A DNA stretch of 64,000 bases from Myxococcales bacterium (GCA_047601445.1 JASGJH010000001.1:7936001-8000000), one strand, 5' to 3'; positions 9,724-21,906 are shown, numbered from the stretch's first letter. Program-made: numbers and translations. Notes: generated by a model not told the origin, from the letters alone.

Positions 9724-11970
9724 ATGAACCAGGCGCTTCGGTTCGTGGCGGTTCTGGTCGTCGGCTTGGCGGCTTGTTCGGCGTTGGCGCACGTCGCGTT
9801 GTCGCGCATGACGCAGCGCTGGTTCGAAAGTGATCTGGAGGCGCGCGCCGAACTGGTGCTCACCGAGGTCGAACCCGCGCTGGTCGAGGCACTCGATCAC
9901 AACGATCGCGTGGTGTTGCGACGCGAGCTCGTCGCCATGGCGCGCAAGGAGCGTCTGCTCGGAGCGCAAGTTTGTACCGAGAATGGTGTGCTCTTAGCGC
10001 GCACGACCGGGTTTCCAGATGGCCTCAACTGTGTCCAGTTTGCACGTCTGCCCGATGGCGCGCGCGAGCCGCGCTCTTCCGGCGTGCGTGATCTGTCGGA
10101 CGGCCCTGTATTCGTGACCGCGCGCGTCTTGCCGGGCAATGAACGGACCACCGTCATGGTCTTGCAGGACATGCGCACGGTGGGCGGGCGTCAACAGAAG
10201 GCCCAGCAGCTGGTGTGGCTGGCGTTTCTGGTGCTCTCCTTCGCGGCCTCCATCGTGACGTTGGTGGCGATGAAGCTGTCCTGGCGCAGCTGGACCCATT
10301 CGCTGCGCAGGTTGGTGCAAGGCAAGGACCTCGAGGCGAGTCCGGAGTTTCGGCCGCTGGTGGGGGACGTGCGTGAGCTCGTGCAGCGCATGTCCTCGGA
10401 GTTCGAGCAGGAGGCCCGCGGCGGACACTGGACGCCCGAGCGCTTGAGGGGGGTGCTCGGTCAGCTGTTGCACGGCGAGCGCATCATCGTGGTGTCCAAC
10501 CGAGAGCCCTACATTCACCTTCGAAACAAGGACGGCAGCATCCGCTGGCAGCACCCTGCGAGTGGCCTGGTGACTGCGCTGGAACCGGTGTTGCGCGCCT
10601 GCTCGGGCGTGTGGGTGGCCCACGGCGCCGGCTCCGCGGACCGCGACACGGTGGACGAGAAAGATCACGTGAAGGTGCCGCCTGGCGAGGAAGCCTTCGT
10701 GCTGCGCAGGGTGTGGCTCACCGAGGAGGAGGAGCAAGGCTACTACTATGGCTTCGCCAACGAGGGACTCTGGCCCCTCTGCCACGTGGCCCATACGCGC
10801 CCCATCTTTCGCGCCGAGGACTGGGAAGCCTACAAGGCTGCCAACAAACGCTTCGCCGACGCGGTGGTGGAAGAGGCCGACACGGACGACCCCATCGTGC
10901 TGGTGCAAGACTACCACTTCGGTCTCGCCCCGCGCATGATCCGCAAGCGCCTGCCGCGCGCCACCATCATCACCTTCTGGCACATCCCGTGGCCCAACGC
11001 GGAGCAACTCGGCATCTGCCCGTTTCGCGAGGACTTGCTCGACGGCATGCTCGGCTCGAGCATTCTCGGCTTTCACACGCAGCAGCACTGCAACAACTTC
11101 TTCGAGTCCGTCGAGCGCTACCTCGAGGCACGCATCGACCGCGAGCAGAACGCCGTGGTGCGCCACGCGCGCAGCACGTTGATCCGGCCCTATCCCATCT
11201 CCATCGAGTGGCCCGTGCACTGGCTCGAAGATCTGCCGTCGGTGGAGGAATGCCGGGCTTCGGTGTTTCAGGAGTTGGGCCTGGCGTCGGATGCCTTGCT
11301 CGGTGTGGGCGTCGACCGGCTGGACTACACCAAGGGCATCGAAGAGCGCTTGCTCGCCGTGGAGCGGGTGCTCGAGCGGAACCCAGGCCTGCGCGGTCGC
11401 TTCAGCTTCGTCCAGTTGGGCGCGCCCAGCCGCACCCGGATCCCGCGCTATCAGGCGCTCGCGGAGTCCGTGAACCAGGTGGCGGAGCGCATCAATGCCC
11501 GCTTCGGTACCGAGAGCTACAAGCCCATCATCCTGTGGTCCGAGCATCACGAGCCGGTCCAGGTATTCCGCTTCTATCGCGCCGCCGACCTGTGTTACGT
11601 GAGCAGCCTGCACGACGGCATGAACCTGGTCGCCAAGGAGTTCGTGGCCGCGCGCGAGGACGAGCAGGGCGTGTTGGTACTCAGCAATTTCACCGGCGCA
11701 TCGCGCGAGCTCACCGAGGCCTTGGTGGTCAACCCATACGACCTCGAGGAAGCCAGTCGCGCCATCGAGGTGGCTTTGCAAATGCCGCCGAGCGAGCAGC
11801 GTCAGCGCATGAAGGCCATGCGCGGCCTGCTCTCCGAGTTCAACATCTATCGCTGGGCAGGGCGCATGCTGATCGATGCGGCCGAGCTGCGTCGACGCGA
11901 ACGGCTGTCCGACCGCTTGCGCCAGGAGTGGCTCCCGGATCACCCGGCCAGGAGCCCTGGCCACGCATGA
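9724..11970 (+). CDS. otsA: Trehalose-6-phosphate synthase (GT20) with N-terminal 2-TM extracytoplasmic domain
   Basis: [51 protein letters not shown]. Confidence 0.93.
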   Translation: MNQALRFVAVLVVGLAACSALAHVALSRMTQRWFESDLEARAELVLTEVEPALVEALDHNDRVVLRRELVAMARKERLLGAQVCTENGVLLARTTGFPDGLNCVQFARLPDGAREPRSSGVRDLSDGPVFVTARVLPGNERTTVMVLQDMRTVGGRQQKAQQLVWLAFLVLSFAASIVTLVAMKLSWRSWTHSLRRLVQGKDLEASPEFRPLVGDVRELVQRMSSEFEQEARGGHWTPERLRGVLGQLLHGERIIVVSNREPYIHLRNKDGSIRWQHPASGLVTALEPVLRACSGVWVAHGAGSADRDTVDEKDHVKVPPGEEAFVLRRVWLTEEEEQGYYYGFANEGLWPLCHVAHTRPIFRAEDWEAYKAANKRFADAVVEEADTDDPIVLVQDYHFGLAPRMIRKRLPRATIITFWHIPWPNAEQLGICPFREDLLDGMLGSSILGFHTQQHCNNFFESVERYLEARIDREQNAVVRHARSTLIRPYPISIEWPVHWLEDLPSVEECRASVFQELGLASDALLGVGVDRLDYTKGIEERLLAVERVLERNPGLRGRFSFVQLGAPSRTRIPRYQALAESVNQVAERINARFGTESYKPIILWSEHHEPVQVFRFYRAADLCYVSSLHDGMNLVAKEFVAAREDEQGVLVLSNFTGASRELTEALVVNPYDLEEASRAIEVALQMPPSEQRQRMKAMRGLLSEFNIYRWAGRMLIDAAELRRRERLSDRLRQEWLPDHPARSPGHA

Positions 11971-12740
11971 GGTACATCCTTTCGCGACAGAACCGCGAGG
12001 TGCTCGCGCAGTTGGCCTGGTCCAACGTCCTGTTGGCCTTCGACTTCGACGGCACGCTGTCGCCGATCGTGAACGACCCCGAGGCGGCCAAGATGCGCAC
12101 GCGTACGCGGCGCTTGTTCGCGGCGCTCGCCCAGCGCTATCCGTGCGTGGTCATCTCGGGGCGCGGAGTCGCGGACGTGGGGGCCCGCCTGGGCGATGCC
12201 AACGTGCGGGCCGTGGTGGGGAACCATGGCCTGGAGCCGGCCGGGGACATGCAGCGCTTCGAACAGGAGGTGCGCGCCTTCCTGCCGCGCTTGACGCGGG
12301 CGCTGGCTGGTCTCGAAGGCGTGGAGATCGAGGACAAGCGCTATTCGGTGGCGGTGCACTACAGGCGCTCTCGCTCGCGGCGAACGGCGCGCGAGCTGAT
12401 CGCGGAGGCCGTGGCGGTCCTGGGAGACGCGGTGCGCGCAGTGCCGGGCAAATGCGTGGTCAACGTGCTGCCGGAGGGGGCACCACACAAGGGGTTCGCC
12501 CTGCGCAGCCTCCAGCGCGAGCTCTCGGCGGACGTGGCCCTGTACGTGGGCGATGACGAGACCGACGAAGACGTGTTCAATATGGAGGAGCCCGGGCACT
12601 TGCTCGGGATTCGGGTCGGCAAGTCCATGCGCTCACGGGCCTCTTACTTTTTGACCAGCCAACGCGAGATCGACGAGCTCCTGGGGCTCCTGGTATCGCT
12701 GCGCGAGAGCGCGGCCAGTCGGCGCATGGAGCTCTCGTGA
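11967..12740 (+). CDS. otsB: Trehalose-6-phosphate phosphatase (HAD)
   Basis: DFDGTL, ISGR, GNHGLE, GDDETDEDVF; ATG overlaps otsA stop (ATGA). Confidence 0.93.
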   Translation: MRYILSRQNREVLAQLAWSNVLLAFDFDGTLSPIVNDPEAAKMRTRTRRLFAALAQRYPCVVISGRGVADVGARLGDANVRAVVGNHGLEPAGDMQRFEQEVRAFLPRLTRALAGLEGVEIEDKRYSVAVHYRRSRSRRTARELIAEAVAVLGDAVRAVPGKCVVNVLPEGAPHKGFALRSLQRELSADVALYVGDDETDEDVFNMEEPGHLLGIRVGKSMRSRASYFLTSQREIDELLGLLVSLRESAASRRMELS

Positions 12741-13243
12741 AGGTGCTCGGCCCCGGTGTACAGGCACGCGGCAAGGAGGCCAAGGACCTCGGTCCGGTGC
12801 TCGACTTCATGCGCACGCTCTGGGCGCTCAACCACGCCATCGAGAAGACCTCCAAGCGCATGAACAACGAGTACGGCGTGACGGCTCAGCAGTGCACGCT
12901 GCTGCGCATCGTCGGCAGGTTCCCGGGCATCTCGGCGGGCCAGCTGGCGGAGTTGTTGCGCGTGCACCCGGGGACCTTGTCGGCAGCAGTGAATCGGCTC
13001 GAGCGCAGGGGCCTGCTCGAGCGTCGTCGTGATCCCAGGGATCAACGGCGCGTGCTGCTGGGGCTCACGGCACGCGGGCGGGCCCTCGATATGCCGGCGC
13101 ACGACGCAGTCGGTGACGCCGTCGGCAGCGTGCTCAAGGGGGTATCCGCGGCACAGATGGACTCCGTGCGCGCCGTGCTGCTGGAGCTCACGAGCCAGCT
13201 GGAGCCCCAGCGGCCCACGCGAGGGGCGGCGACTGCGCGCTAA
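12737..13243 (+). CDS. MarR family transcriptional regulator
   Basis: LAELLRVHPGTLSAAVNRLERRGLLERRRDPRDQRRVLLGLT; GTGA overlap with otsB. Confidence 0.92.
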   Translation: MKVLGPGVQARGKEAKDLGPVLDFMRTLWALNHAIEKTSKRMNNEYGVTAQQCTLLRIVGRFPGISAGQLAELLRVHPGTLSAAVNRLERRGLLERRRDPRDQRRVLLGLTARGRALDMPAHDAVGDAVGSVLKGVSAAQMDSVRAVLLELTSQLEPQRPTRGAATAR

Positions 13244-14250
13244 TCGTCGTCGGCCCCCTGGACATCGAAGAGGGCGGCGATGGGCAGGTGGTCGCTGACG
13301 TGACGGTAGTACTCGAGCGCGGAGCCGGCCTCGGCGCGCAGGTCGAGAACACGGGCGGGTTCCAGCCGTTCGCTGGTATGGGCGGGATGGACGATCAGCA
13401 TGTGGTCGAGCAGACGCTCGCTGCGGGAGCCCGAGCTGCTCAACGTGGAGCCGCTGCCCTGGGTGGCATCTTCGGCGTGCACGAGCGGAGCGAGTTCGTC
13501 CGGCGTGAGGTTGAAGTCCCCGAGCAGTATCACATCTTGTTCGCCCGGGAGACGGCGCGTTACCTCCTCCATTGTGCCATCGAGGTGCACCACCTCGGCG
13601 GCGATGTCAGCCACCTGCCCGGTGCCCCAGCGCGCGTGGTACACACCGAGCGCGAAGTCGAAGCTCGCAGCCCCCGAGGCGTCGTGGGCCCGAAAGCAAC
13701 CGAAGGCCGGTTCGCGCAGGAACTGGTCGGTGGTCTGAGCAGAATCGCTGCGGCCGTCGGCGTCGGACACGTAGCCGAGGTGGACGTCTTGGTCGCAGCT
13801 CGCGAGAAGGCTCGTGCGAAACAGCACCGCGTAAAACTCTGCGAAGGGGGCGTCGAGGTTGGGGCGTGGCGTAGCCGTGGCGCGAGTCGACCAGCCGGGG
13901 CCCAACGCGAGCGCGAGCGCATCGAGTCCGTGGTGCGTGCCTTGACCCGTGTGCATGACCTCTACGAGCGCGACCATGTCGAAATGGCGCTCGATGAGCT
14001 TGGCCAGCAATGTGACGTCGGTGTCCTCATGGCTACCCAGGCGGCGCACGTTCCAACTACCCACGCGCAGGGGAGGGGGCGGCGCAGAGGATGCGTCCCC
14101 CGCGTCGAACGTGCTCGGTCGCGAGGAGCCGGCTTCTTGCCAGCTGCGATCGTCGGCGGTGGGATCCGAGGGCAGCCGGGGGATGTCCAGACAAGCCCAG
14201 GCGAACAAAGTGCACAAGAGGACAGGCCAGTACGCATTGGAGGGCAACAC
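13240..14250 (-). CDS. Endonuclease/exonuclease/phosphatase (DNase I-like), probably exported or lipoprotein
   Basis: SWNVRRLG, ALVEV, FLREP, GDFN, LDH, SDHLP. Confidence 0.85.
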   Translation of the reverse strand: MLPSNAYWPVLLCTLFAWACLDIPRLPSDPTADDRSWQEAGSSRPSTFDAGDASSAPPPPLRVGSWNVRRLGSHEDTDVTLLAKLIERHFDMVALVEVMHTGQGTHHGLDALALALGPGWSTRATATPRPNLDAPFAEFYAVLFRTSLLASCDQDVHLGYVSDADGRSDSAQTTDQFLREPAFGCFRAHDASGAASFDFALGVYHARWGTGQVADIAAEVVHLDGTMEEVTRRLPGEQDVILLGDFNLTPDELAPLVHAEDATQGSGSTLSSSGSRSERLLDHMLIVHPAHTSERLEPARVLDLRAEAGSALEYYRHVSDHLPIAALFDVQGADDD

Positions 14251-14308
14251 GCAGCCTTATCGGTCCAGCGCGTCGGCAGTTGCGCGCGCGCGACGAATTC
14301 TGCGTCTG

Positions 14309-14426
14309 GGTCGTACGCGTGCCCGTGCCCGAGCGCGAATTTCTCCGGCGAGCTGAGCAGGCCGTCCGGCGAAACGCACCGTGAAGAGAAATCAGATCGT
14401 TTGCGGGCACGGGCACGCGTACGACC
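14309..14426. repeat. 118-bp intergenic element bounded by perfect 23-bp inverted repeats
   Basis: GGTCGTACGCGTGCCCGTGCCCG (14309-14331) and its exact reverse complement (14404-14426). Confidence 0.85.
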
Positions 14427-14456
14427 GAGAATGAGGAAATGGGAGACGGGGACCCG

Positions 14457-15710
14457 CTAATTGAGCAGCTTGGCGAACAGTTCAGTGACCAGGAAGGCCA
14501 CGCGGTCGCCCTCCGGCTGGATCACCACCCCCAGCCCCATCGAGCGCGCTTCGGGGTGCAGAACGTTGGCGCGATGTCCTGGGCTCGCCATCAAGCCCTC
14601 GTGGATCTCGTTGGCGCTGTAGCCACGACCGATGTTCTCGAGCAGCACCTGCGCCTTCAAGCCCGCGCGCTCGACCCGATCGGACGCCTCGCCGGTGGTC
14701 TTGGAGGTGTGCGCCACGAAATGGTGCGCATCCATATCTTCGGTGTGCGCCTGGGCCACACGCACCAGGCGTCGATCGACCTTCAACGGTGGCAGCTTGC
14801 GCGCCGCGCGCGCCTCCGCGATGAGTGCGCTCAACTTCTCCACGAAGCTCGCCACGTCGGTCTCGGCCGGGCCCTCCTCGTAGGCAGGCGCAGCCTGCTC
14901 GGCGCCTGTGCCCGCCTGCACAGGAATCACCGCGAGCACGCCGAGGCCACTGGGCCCCTCCGCCAAGATCTCGATGCTGTGAGTGCCCGGGCTAGCCAGT
15001 GTGATCGTTTGGTTGATCACGCGCGCGTCGGGCAGCGGCAAGCGCGTCGCGAGCCCCTCGGGATCCGTGATGGCGAGAGATGGATGGGCATAGCCGCGTG
15101 GCAAGCTGGCCGCGAGTTGCAGCGAGCTACCCACGTCTACTTGCTGCGGAATCGGCCGCTCTAGCTCCACGAAGCGACCCGAGAACGCCACCGCCAGCAC
15201 GCTGGCCTGTCCTTGTTTCAGCAGGGCACCGCCGCAGTGGGTGACGGCCATGCTGTGCACTGCGTCCTGCACGGCGGGGTCGATGCTCGGTAGCAGCATC
15301 TCTGCGCGAGAGGCGCCGGCCAACCAGAGCTGCGGGGTGGGCTCGACCAGGCCGAGTTGGTGGCTGACATAGCCCACGTAGGCTCCGCGCGGCGCGAGGC
15401 GCCCACCATCGCTCTGACGAGCCACGGACATCGAGAGCTCGGCCAGCCGGGGATCCGCCTTCAAACCAGCCTTGCGACAGGCCTTCGCGAGCGCATCCTC
15501 CAGCGGCTTGGCGTCCGTAGCGCCTTCCACGAGCAAGATGGACCCCTTTGGCGAGGCCGTCTCGAAAAAGCCGCGCGCTGTAACGCTCGCGCTGGGGTCT
15601 GCTGCGGGACGGGCCTGGGGCTGGCCCGCGGCTTTGATGGGGCCTGCGCCTTGGCCATGGCTACAGCTCGAGAGCAGCGCAAGCAGTGCGAACACGCGGA
15701 GATCTCGCAT
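14457..15710 (-). CDS. CAP (SCP) domain lipoprotein
   Basis: Lipobox LSSC; AQAHTEDM, ENIG, LMASPGHRANVL. Confidence 0.88.
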   Translation of the reverse strand: MRDLRVFALLALLSSCSHGQGAGPIKAAGQPQARPAADPSASVTARGFFETASPKGSILLVEGATDAKPLEDALAKACRKAGLKADPRLAELSMSVARQSDGGRLAPRGAYVGYVSHQLGLVEPTPQLWLAGASRAEMLLPSIDPAVQDAVHSMAVTHCGGALLKQGQASVLAVAFSGRFVELERPIPQQVDVGSSLQLAASLPRGYAHPSLAITDPEGLATRLPLPDARVINQTITLASPGTHSIEILAEGPSGLGVLAVIPVQAGTGAEQAAPAYEEGPAETDVASFVEKLSALIAEARAARKLPPLKVDRRLVRVAQAHTEDMDAHHFVAHTSKTTGEASDRVERAGLKAQVLLENIGRGYSANEIHEGLMASPGHRANVLHPEARSMGLGVVIQPEGDRVAFLVTELFAKLLN

Positions 15711-15769
15711 CGCTGGGATGTTAGTGCAGGGGTTGAGTCCTGTCCTGCAGGGGTTACCTTGGGGGCTCC

Positions 15770-18700
15770 ATGCTTCCGATCAGGTTACGCGGAGCGCGCA
15801 CCAACAACCTGCGTGATGTCTCGCTCGAACTCCAACCAGGGCAGTTGATCGCCATCGTCGGTCCGTCCGGGGCAGGCAAGTCCTCTTTGGCGTTCGGTAC
15901 GCTGTACGCGGAGGGGCAACGTCGCTTCGTCGAGAGTATCAGCACCTACGCACGCCAATTCCTCGAGCGCTTGGCGCGCCCCGACGTGGACGAGTTGGCG
16001 CCCGTCCCGGCCGGCATCGCGGTGGACCGTCAGGGAGAGATCCGCACCAGCCGTTCGACCGTCGGGTCCCTCACCGACGTCGCAGACTACGCCAAGAGCC
16101 TGTGGTCCCACCTGGCCGCCTTGCGCTGCACGCAGTGCGGGGCCGACGTGTCACGCGCCGGGCCAGAGGCCGCCGCGGCGCGTGTGCTCGCGACTTGCTT
16201 GCGGGAGCGACGAGCCGAGCCGGAACGGGTGCTGATCGCGTACAGGCTGGAGGTCCAACGTCCTGACGAGTTCCTGGAGCTGCGCGACGCGCTGATCGGC
16301 GAAGGCTACCGACGCTTGCGCGTGGCGGGCGAGATCAAGGACCTCGACAGCGTGCGCCCGAGCGATGTGGTGCAGAGCGCGAAGGCCAGCAAGGGCAAGC
16401 GCGCACGGGGACCCGAGGTCGACGTGATCATCGATCGACTCGTGCTCTCCGAGGCAGAGCGCAGTCGCTTGGTGGAGGCGCTGGAGGCCGCGTTCCAGCG
16501 CGGCGGCGGTCGGGCCAGCGTGATCCGGGAGTCGGGCGAGCGCCTCGAGTTTACCCGCAACTTGGTGTGCACGGCATGCCAGGCGAGCTATCCCGATCCC
16601 TCGCCGGGCCTGTTCTCGTTCAATAGTCCGGTCGGCGCCTGTGAGGCTTGTCGCGGCTTCGGGCGCGTCATCGGCGTGGACTGGGACAAAGTCCTCGATC
16701 CGGAGAAGACGCTGGCGGGCGGCGCCATTCTTCCCTGGAAGGGCAAGAGCACGGAGTGGGAGCGCAAGGAGCTCCAGAAGCACGCCAAGAAGCTCGGGAT
16801 CCCGCTCGACGTTCCCTACAAGAAGCTTCCCGCGGCTCAACGCAAGTGGCTCAAGGACGGCGACGAGCTCGGTTGGCCCGATGGCTGGGGCGGCCTGGCG
16901 GGGTGGTTCAAGTGGCTCGAGACGCGCGCCTACAAGATGCACGTGCGCGTCCTACTCTCGCGCTATCGCAAGTACGACGCCTGCGGGACCTGTCAGGGCA
17001 CTCGCTTCAAGGACGCGGCTCGCGGCTACCACGTGCAGGGCGTCACCATCAGCGACTTCCATGCGTCGAGCGTGCAGGATGCCGAGCGCTTCGTGCGCGA
17101 GCTCGCGGACCACGTGCGCGGCGATCCGGCCGCCGAACTCCTCGTGCGCGAGCTTCTTTCGCGCTTGTCGACACTCGCGGACGTGGGGCTCGGACACCTG
17201 ACGCTCGACCGCGCGGGCAACACCCTGAGCGGCGGCGAGACCCAGCGCGTGGCGCTCTCCACGGCGCTCGGAGCGTCGCTGAGCTCCGCCATGTTCGTGC
17301 TGGACGAGCCCACGGTCGGGCTGCATCCGAGCGATGTCGCGCGCCTGGCCAAGGTGGTGCGACGGCTGGCCGATGCGGGCAACCTGGTGGTGGTGGTCGA
17401 GCACGATCCGCAGTTCATCGCCACGGCCGATCGCGTGATCGAACTCGGGCCCGGCGCGGGCGCGCTCGGCGGTCAGGTGGTCTTCGACGGCAGCCCCGGG
17501 CAGCTCGTGGAAGCCGACACCATCACGGCGCGTGCGTTGCGAGACGAAGCTCCGCGCCTTTTGCGCGAGCGGTCGAGCCGTGGCGTTCTGCGTTTGAAGG
17601 GAGCGAACGGGCACAACCTCAAGCAGGTGGACCTCGGCATCGAGAAGGGGCTCTTCACCTGCGTCACGGGCGCCAGCGGCAGCGGTAAGAGCAGCCTGGT
17701 GCGCGGCACGCTCGTGCCGGCCTTGCAACACAAGTTCGGGGTGCGCGAGTCACGGCCGTTGGCCTTCGAGTCTCTCGAGGGCAGCGATGGGATCACCGGC
17801 GTGGTGCAGGTGGACCAAGCTCCCCTCGGGCGCACTTCGCGCGGCAACCCGGCGACCTACGTGGGCGCCTGGGACGTCTTGCGCAAGCGCTTCGCTGCCG
17901 AGCCGTTGGCCAAGGAGCGCGGCTACTCGGCGGGCACCTTCTCCTTCAACGTGGAAGGGGGGCGCTGCGAGGCCTGCAAGGGGCAGGGCTACGAGACCGT
18001 GGAGATGCAGTTCCTGGCCGACGTGAGCTTCGGCTGCCCGGAGTGTGGCGGTAAGCGCTTCGTGGGCCCTGTGCTGGACGTGCGCCACCGCGAGCTCGAC
18101 GTGTCGGACGTGCTCGAGCGCAGCGTCGACGAGCTGATCGCGTGGTTCGCTGGCGACTGGGACCTCTTGCGGGCCCTCAAGCCGCTGAGCGAGGTGGGGC
18201 TCGGTTACCTGCGTCTGGGCCAGCCGCTGAATACCTTGAGTGGCGGCGAGGCGCAGCGACTCAAGCTCGCCCAGGCGCTGTCGGAGGCGAAGCCGCGTTC
18301 TCTGATCGTACTCGACGAGCCCACGGCCGGGCTTCATCCAGCCGACGTCGAGCCCTTGCTCAAGGTCATCGAACGCTTGCTGGATCGCGGCGACACGGTG
18401 GTCGTGATCGAGCACGACATGCGTGTGGCGGCACGGGCCGATCGGGTGATCGATCTGGGCCCTGGAGCCGGCGAGGCCGGCGGGCGCATCGTCGCGCAGG
18501 GTACACCCGAAGAAGTAGCGGCAGGGGCGAGCACGAGTGCCGCGTTTCTGCGCTCCGCGCTGGGGCTCAAGTCGGGCGCGAAGCTCGGCCGCAGCGCAAG
18601 CCGAGGGCGCATCAGCGAGGAGCCCGATGCCATCCAAGTGGTGCGCGCGCGCGAGCACAACCTCAAGAACGTCGACGTGGAGATCCCGCACGGCAAGTTC

Positions 18701-21106
18701 GTGGCGCTCACCGGCCCGAGCGGCAGTGGCAAGAGCAGCTTGGCGTTCGGCGTCGTGCACGCGGAAGCCCAGCGTCGCTTCATCGAGACCCTCTCGCCTT
18801 ACGCTCGTCAGTATTTGCCGCAGCTGCCACGCCCGGACGTGGACCGCGTGACCGGCGTCGAACCCTCGCTTTCGCTCGAGCAACGCATCACCCGTGGAGG
18901 TTCGACCTCGACCGTGGCGACCATCACCGAGGTGGCGCACTACCTGCGCTTGCTCTACGCGCGTATCGGGCAGCCCACCGGCAAGGCCAAGGCGTTCATG
19001 GCCAAGCAGGGCGCCCGCGACGCGGCCCGCGCGTTGCTCACCAAGTTCGGCCCGCGCGCGAACTTCCAGGTGTTTGCCCGCGTGGTGCGGGGGCGCAAGG
19101 GCAACTATCGCGAGCTCCTCGACAAGGCCCTCGACAGCGGCGTGCAGGAGGCCCGCATCGACGGCACATTGCGCAAGCTCGAGCCCGGCCTCTCGCTCGA
19201 ACGCTACAAGGAGCACGACATCGAGCTCTTGCTCTCCAGCGTACACGGCGACGAGCTCGAGGTGGCGTTGCGCGCGGCGGCTCGGCAAGCGGAGGGCGAG
19301 GTGCTCGTGCGCGTGGGGAAGACCGAGGTTCCCTTGGTGCTCGAGGAGGGCAGCGCGGGCAAGAGTCGCGTGCTCGATCCGCGCTTGTTCTCCTTCAATA
19401 CGCGGCAGGGTGCGTGCGAGGATTGCGAGGGCAAGGGGTATCTCCTGATCACGCGCGGACGCGGCAAGAATGCCCGTGAGGAGCGCATGCCGTGCGAGGG
19501 GTGCGACGGTACGCGGCTCTCCGAGTTGGCGCGCAGCATTCTCGTGCACAACCGGGACATCACCCATTACTTGAGCCAGAGCGTGACGGCGGCGCGCGTG
19601 GCACTGGCCAAGCTGGAGCTGAGCGGTCGCGACGCCTTGATCGGAGACGCACTGCTGAAGGAGCTCGACCTACGCCTGGGCTTCCTCGAGCGCGTGGGCA
19701 TCGGCTATCTGGGGCTCGACCGCGCCGCCGATACCCTCAGTGGCGGGGAGACACAGCGCGTACGCCTCGCGGCGCAGCTCGGCAGCGGTCTCACCGGCGT
19801 GCTCTACGTGCTCGACGAGCCCACCATCGGGCTCCATCCGCGCGACACCAGCCTGCTCCTGAGCGCGCTCAAGGAGCTCGTGCAACGCGGCAACAGCGCG
19901 CTGGTGGTGGAGCACGACCTCGAGACCATCGAGGCGGCGGACCTGGTGATCGACATGGGGCCGGGCGGCGGCCGCTTGGGCGGCAACGTGGTCGCGCGCG
20001 GCACTCCAGCGGCGCTGCTACACGACGAGAACTCCATCACGGGGCGCGCCCTGCGCTTCCGTCCGCCGCCCAATCAGGGGCGCGGCTTGGTGGACGTCGA
20101 CTGGCTGGAGCTCAGCGGGGCCGAGGAGCACAACCTCAAGCGGGTTGACGCACGCATCCCGCTCTCCCGCTTCAGTGCCGTCACCGGCGTGAGCGGCTCC
20201 GGCAAGAGCACGCTGGTGCGCAAGGTGCTGCTGCCCGCTGTGCGCGATGCGCTCGGGCTGGTCAACGAGAGCGCACCCGGCAAATTCAAGAAGCTGCGCG
20301 GTGCCGAGGCGTTGGAGCGCGCAGTGGAGGTCGATCAGTCGCCCATCGGGCGTACGCCGCGTTCGGTGCCCGCCACGTACATCGGCATCTGGGACGAGAT
20401 CCGCAAACTCCTGGCCAATACGCCCGAGGCGCGGGCGCGGGGCTACGGGCCCTCGCGCTTTTCCTTCAACGTCGCCGAGGGACGCTGCCCCACCTGTGAC
20501 GGCAACGGCTCGCTCACGGTGGAGATGTCGTTCCTGCCGGATGCGCTCCTGCCCTGTGACGACTGCGGCGGCGCGCGCTTCTCGCGTGAAACCCTGGAGG
20601 TGAAGTACCACGGGCTGTCCGCCGGCGAGATCCTCGACCTCGATGTCGAGCGAGCCGCTGCGCTGTTCGCGCCGGTTCGCAATGTGCACGGTCCACTCGC
20701 GATGCTGGTGGAACTCGGACTCGGCTACTTGAAGCTCGGGCAGCCGTCGAGCACCCTGAGCGGCGGCGAGGCGCAGCGCATGAAGCTGGTCTCCGAGCTT
20801 TCCACCCAGGCTCAGGGCGCCACCCTCTACGTGCTCGACGAGCCGACGACCGGCCTGCACCGAAGCGACGTCCAGCGACTCTTGCGCTTCCTGTCGCGCT
20901 TCGTGGAGCGCGGCGACACGCTGCTGGTCATCGAACACCATCCTGACGTCATGCTGGCCGCGGACTATCTGCTGGACCTGGGACCCGAGGGCGGCGAAGG
21001 CGGCGGTCGCGTCGTGGCTTTCGGGACGCCTGCGGAGATCGCGCGCAGCAAGACCAGCCACACGGGGCAGGCCCTGCGAGAGGCCCTCAAACAGGCGTCC
21101 TCATAG
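15770..21106 (+). CDS. uvrA: Excinuclease ABC subunit A, double-length (four ABC ATPase domains)
   Basis: GARTNNL, four Walker A motifs, four LSGGE signatures, DEPT motifs, CxxC Zn modules. Confidence 0.95.
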   Translation: MLPIRLRGARTNNLRDVSLELQPGQLIAIVGPSGAGKSSLAFGTLYAEGQRRFVESISTYARQFLERLARPDVDELAPVPAGIAVDRQGEIRTSRSTVGSLTDVADYAKSLWSHLAALRCTQCGADVSRAGPEAAAARVLATCLRERRAEPERVLIAYRLEVQRPDEFLELRDALIGEGYRRLRVAGEIKDLDSVRPSDVVQSAKASKGKRARGPEVDVIIDRLVLSEAERSRLVEALEAAFQRGGGRASVIRESGERLEFTRNLVCTACQASYPDPSPGLFSFNSPVGACEACRGFGRVIGVDWDKVLDPEKTLAGGAILPWKGKSTEWERKELQKHAKKLGIPLDVPYKKLPAAQRKWLKDGDELGWPDGWGGLAGWFKWLETRAYKMHVRVLLSRYRKYDACGTCQGTRFKDAARGYHVQGVTISDFHASSVQDAERFVRELADHVRGDPAAELLVRELLSRLSTLADVGLGHLTLDRAGNTLSGGETQRVALSTALGASLSSAMFVLDEPTVGLHPSDVARLAKVVRRLADAGNLVVVVEHDPQFIATADRVIELGPGAGALGGQVVFDGSPGQLVEADTITARALRDEAPRLLRERSSRGVLRLKGANGHNLKQVDLGIEKGLFTCVTGASGSGKSSLVRGTLVPALQHKFGVRESRPLAFESLEGSDGITGVVQVDQAPLGRTSRGNPATYVGAWDVLRKRFAAEPLAKERGYSAGTFSFNVEGGRCEACKGQGYETVEMQFLADVSFGCPECGGKRFVGPVLDVRHRELDVSDVLERSVDELIAWFAGDWDLLRALKPLSEVGLGYLRLGQPLNTLSGGEAQRLKLAQALSEAKPRSLIVLDEPTAGLHPADVEPLLKVIERLLDRGDTVVVIEHDMRVAARADRVIDLGPGAGEAGGRIVAQGTPEEVAAGASTSAAFLRSALGLKSGAKLGRSASRGRISEEPDAIQVVRAREHNLKNVDVEIPHGKFVALTGPSGSGKSSLAFGVVHAEAQRRFIETLSPYARQYLPQLPRPDVDRVTGVEPSLSLEQRITRGGSTSTVATITEVAHYLRLLYARIGQPTGKAKAFMAKQGARDAARALLTKFGPRANFQVFARVVRGRKGNYRELLDKALDSGVQEARIDGTLRKLEPGLSLERYKEHDIELLLSSVHGDELEVALRAAARQAEGEVLVRVGKTEVPLVLEEGSAGKSRVLDPRLFSFNTRQGACEDCEGKGYLLITRGRGKNAREERMPCEGCDGTRLSELARSILVHNRDITHYLSQSVTAARVALAKLELSGRDALIGDALLKELDLRLGFLERVGIGYLGLDRAADTLSGGETQRVRLAAQLGSGLTGVLYVLDEPTIGLHPRDTSLLLSALKELVQRGNSALVVEHDLETIEAADLVIDMGPGGGRLGGNVVARGTPAALLHDENSITGRALRFRPPPNQGRGLVDVDWLELSGAEEHNLKRVDARIPLSRFSAVTGVSGSGKSTLVRKVLLPAVRDALGLVNESAPGKFKKLRGAEALERAVEVDQSPIGRTPRSVPATYIGIWDEIRKLLANTPEARARGYGPSRFSFNVAEGRCPTCDGNGSLTVEMSFLPDALLPCDDCGGARFSRETLEVKYHGLSAGEILDLDVERAAALFAPVRNVHGPLAMLVELGLGYLKLGQPSSTLSGGEAQRMKLVSELSTQAQGATLYVLDEPTTGLHRSDVQRLLRFLSRFVERGDTLLVIEHHPDVMLAADYLLDLGPEGGEGGGRVVAFGTPAEIARSKTSHTGQALREALKQASS

Positions 21107-21730
21107 GAGCGCTTGCAGCCGCTCTCGCTGGGTCTCGTAGTTCTGCGCGGTCACGAACAGGGGCTCGCTCTCGCGAATGAACACCCGGGAGCCCGGCCAG
21201 GGTAGCCACTTGCGATCCCACTCTCGCGTGCGCACCGCGCGTTCGTAGCAAAACCGAATCGCCACGATGGGACGACCACTCGCCACGGCCATGTCGAGGG
21301 CCCCTCGCTTGAGCACCCTCGGCGGCCCAGCCGGGCCATCGACGGCCATGGTGGTGCGGTAGCCCTGGCCCAAAAAGTCGACCACCCGCTCGAGTGCTGC
21401 CTGGCCTCCGTGACCTGTGGATCCGAGCGCCAGCTCGCGCACCCCGTTCCAGGCCAGCACGAGGTGCACCGGGCGCATGTACCAGATGGGGTGGTTCATC
21501 CAGGCGTAGCGCGTGCCGTTCTTGCCAGGCAGGTAGGTGGCCATATAGGTCGGCAGGTGCTCGTGCCAGATGCACTCGATGCGCGGGCCCTGCTCGCTGG
21601 CGAGCTGCTCGTATACGTGCTCGCAGCCGTGGCGGATGGTGCTGTTGGCGGCCTGAAAAAGCCCTCCGACCGTGTAGCCGTAGAGGTGGAAAGCCGGCTT
21701 GGCCCAAAGCGGGACGTTATCCACGCGCAT
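21101..21730 (-). CDS. DUF374 / lysophospholipid acyltransferase-like protein
   Basis: WH, GS..GG..AL, AVDGPAGP, WD...PWP motifs. Confidence 0.75.
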   Translation of the reverse strand: MRVDNVPLWAKPAFHLYGYTVGGLFQAANSTIRHGCEHVYEQLASEQGPRIECIWHEHLPTYMATYLPGKNGTRYAWMNHPIWYMRPVHLVLAWNGVRELALGSTGHGGQAALERVVDFLGQGYRTTMAVDGPAGPPRVLKRGALDMAVASGRPIVAIRFCYERAVRTREWDRKWLPWPGSRVFIRESEPLFVTAQNYETQRERLQALL

Positions 21731-21906
21731 CAGAAATCAGTTTAGCGCGCTCAGGCCTCGGCCTCGCCTCGAGTCGCCCGCCGCTGAATGACTGAGGAAT
21801 TGCCCGCGAGGCGCAATTGCCGAATCACGAAGCCAAAACGATTTCATTGACACGACCGACCAATCCGCAGAAAAAAGGGCTGCTTGGCTCTGCTTGGAGT
21901 GTTCTT

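Noticed and set aside
10611..11966. 709-aa ORF suggesting an N-terminally extended OtsB
   Set aside because: The upstream part overlaps otsA out of frame; the ATG at 11967 overlapping the otsA stop is the plausible start.
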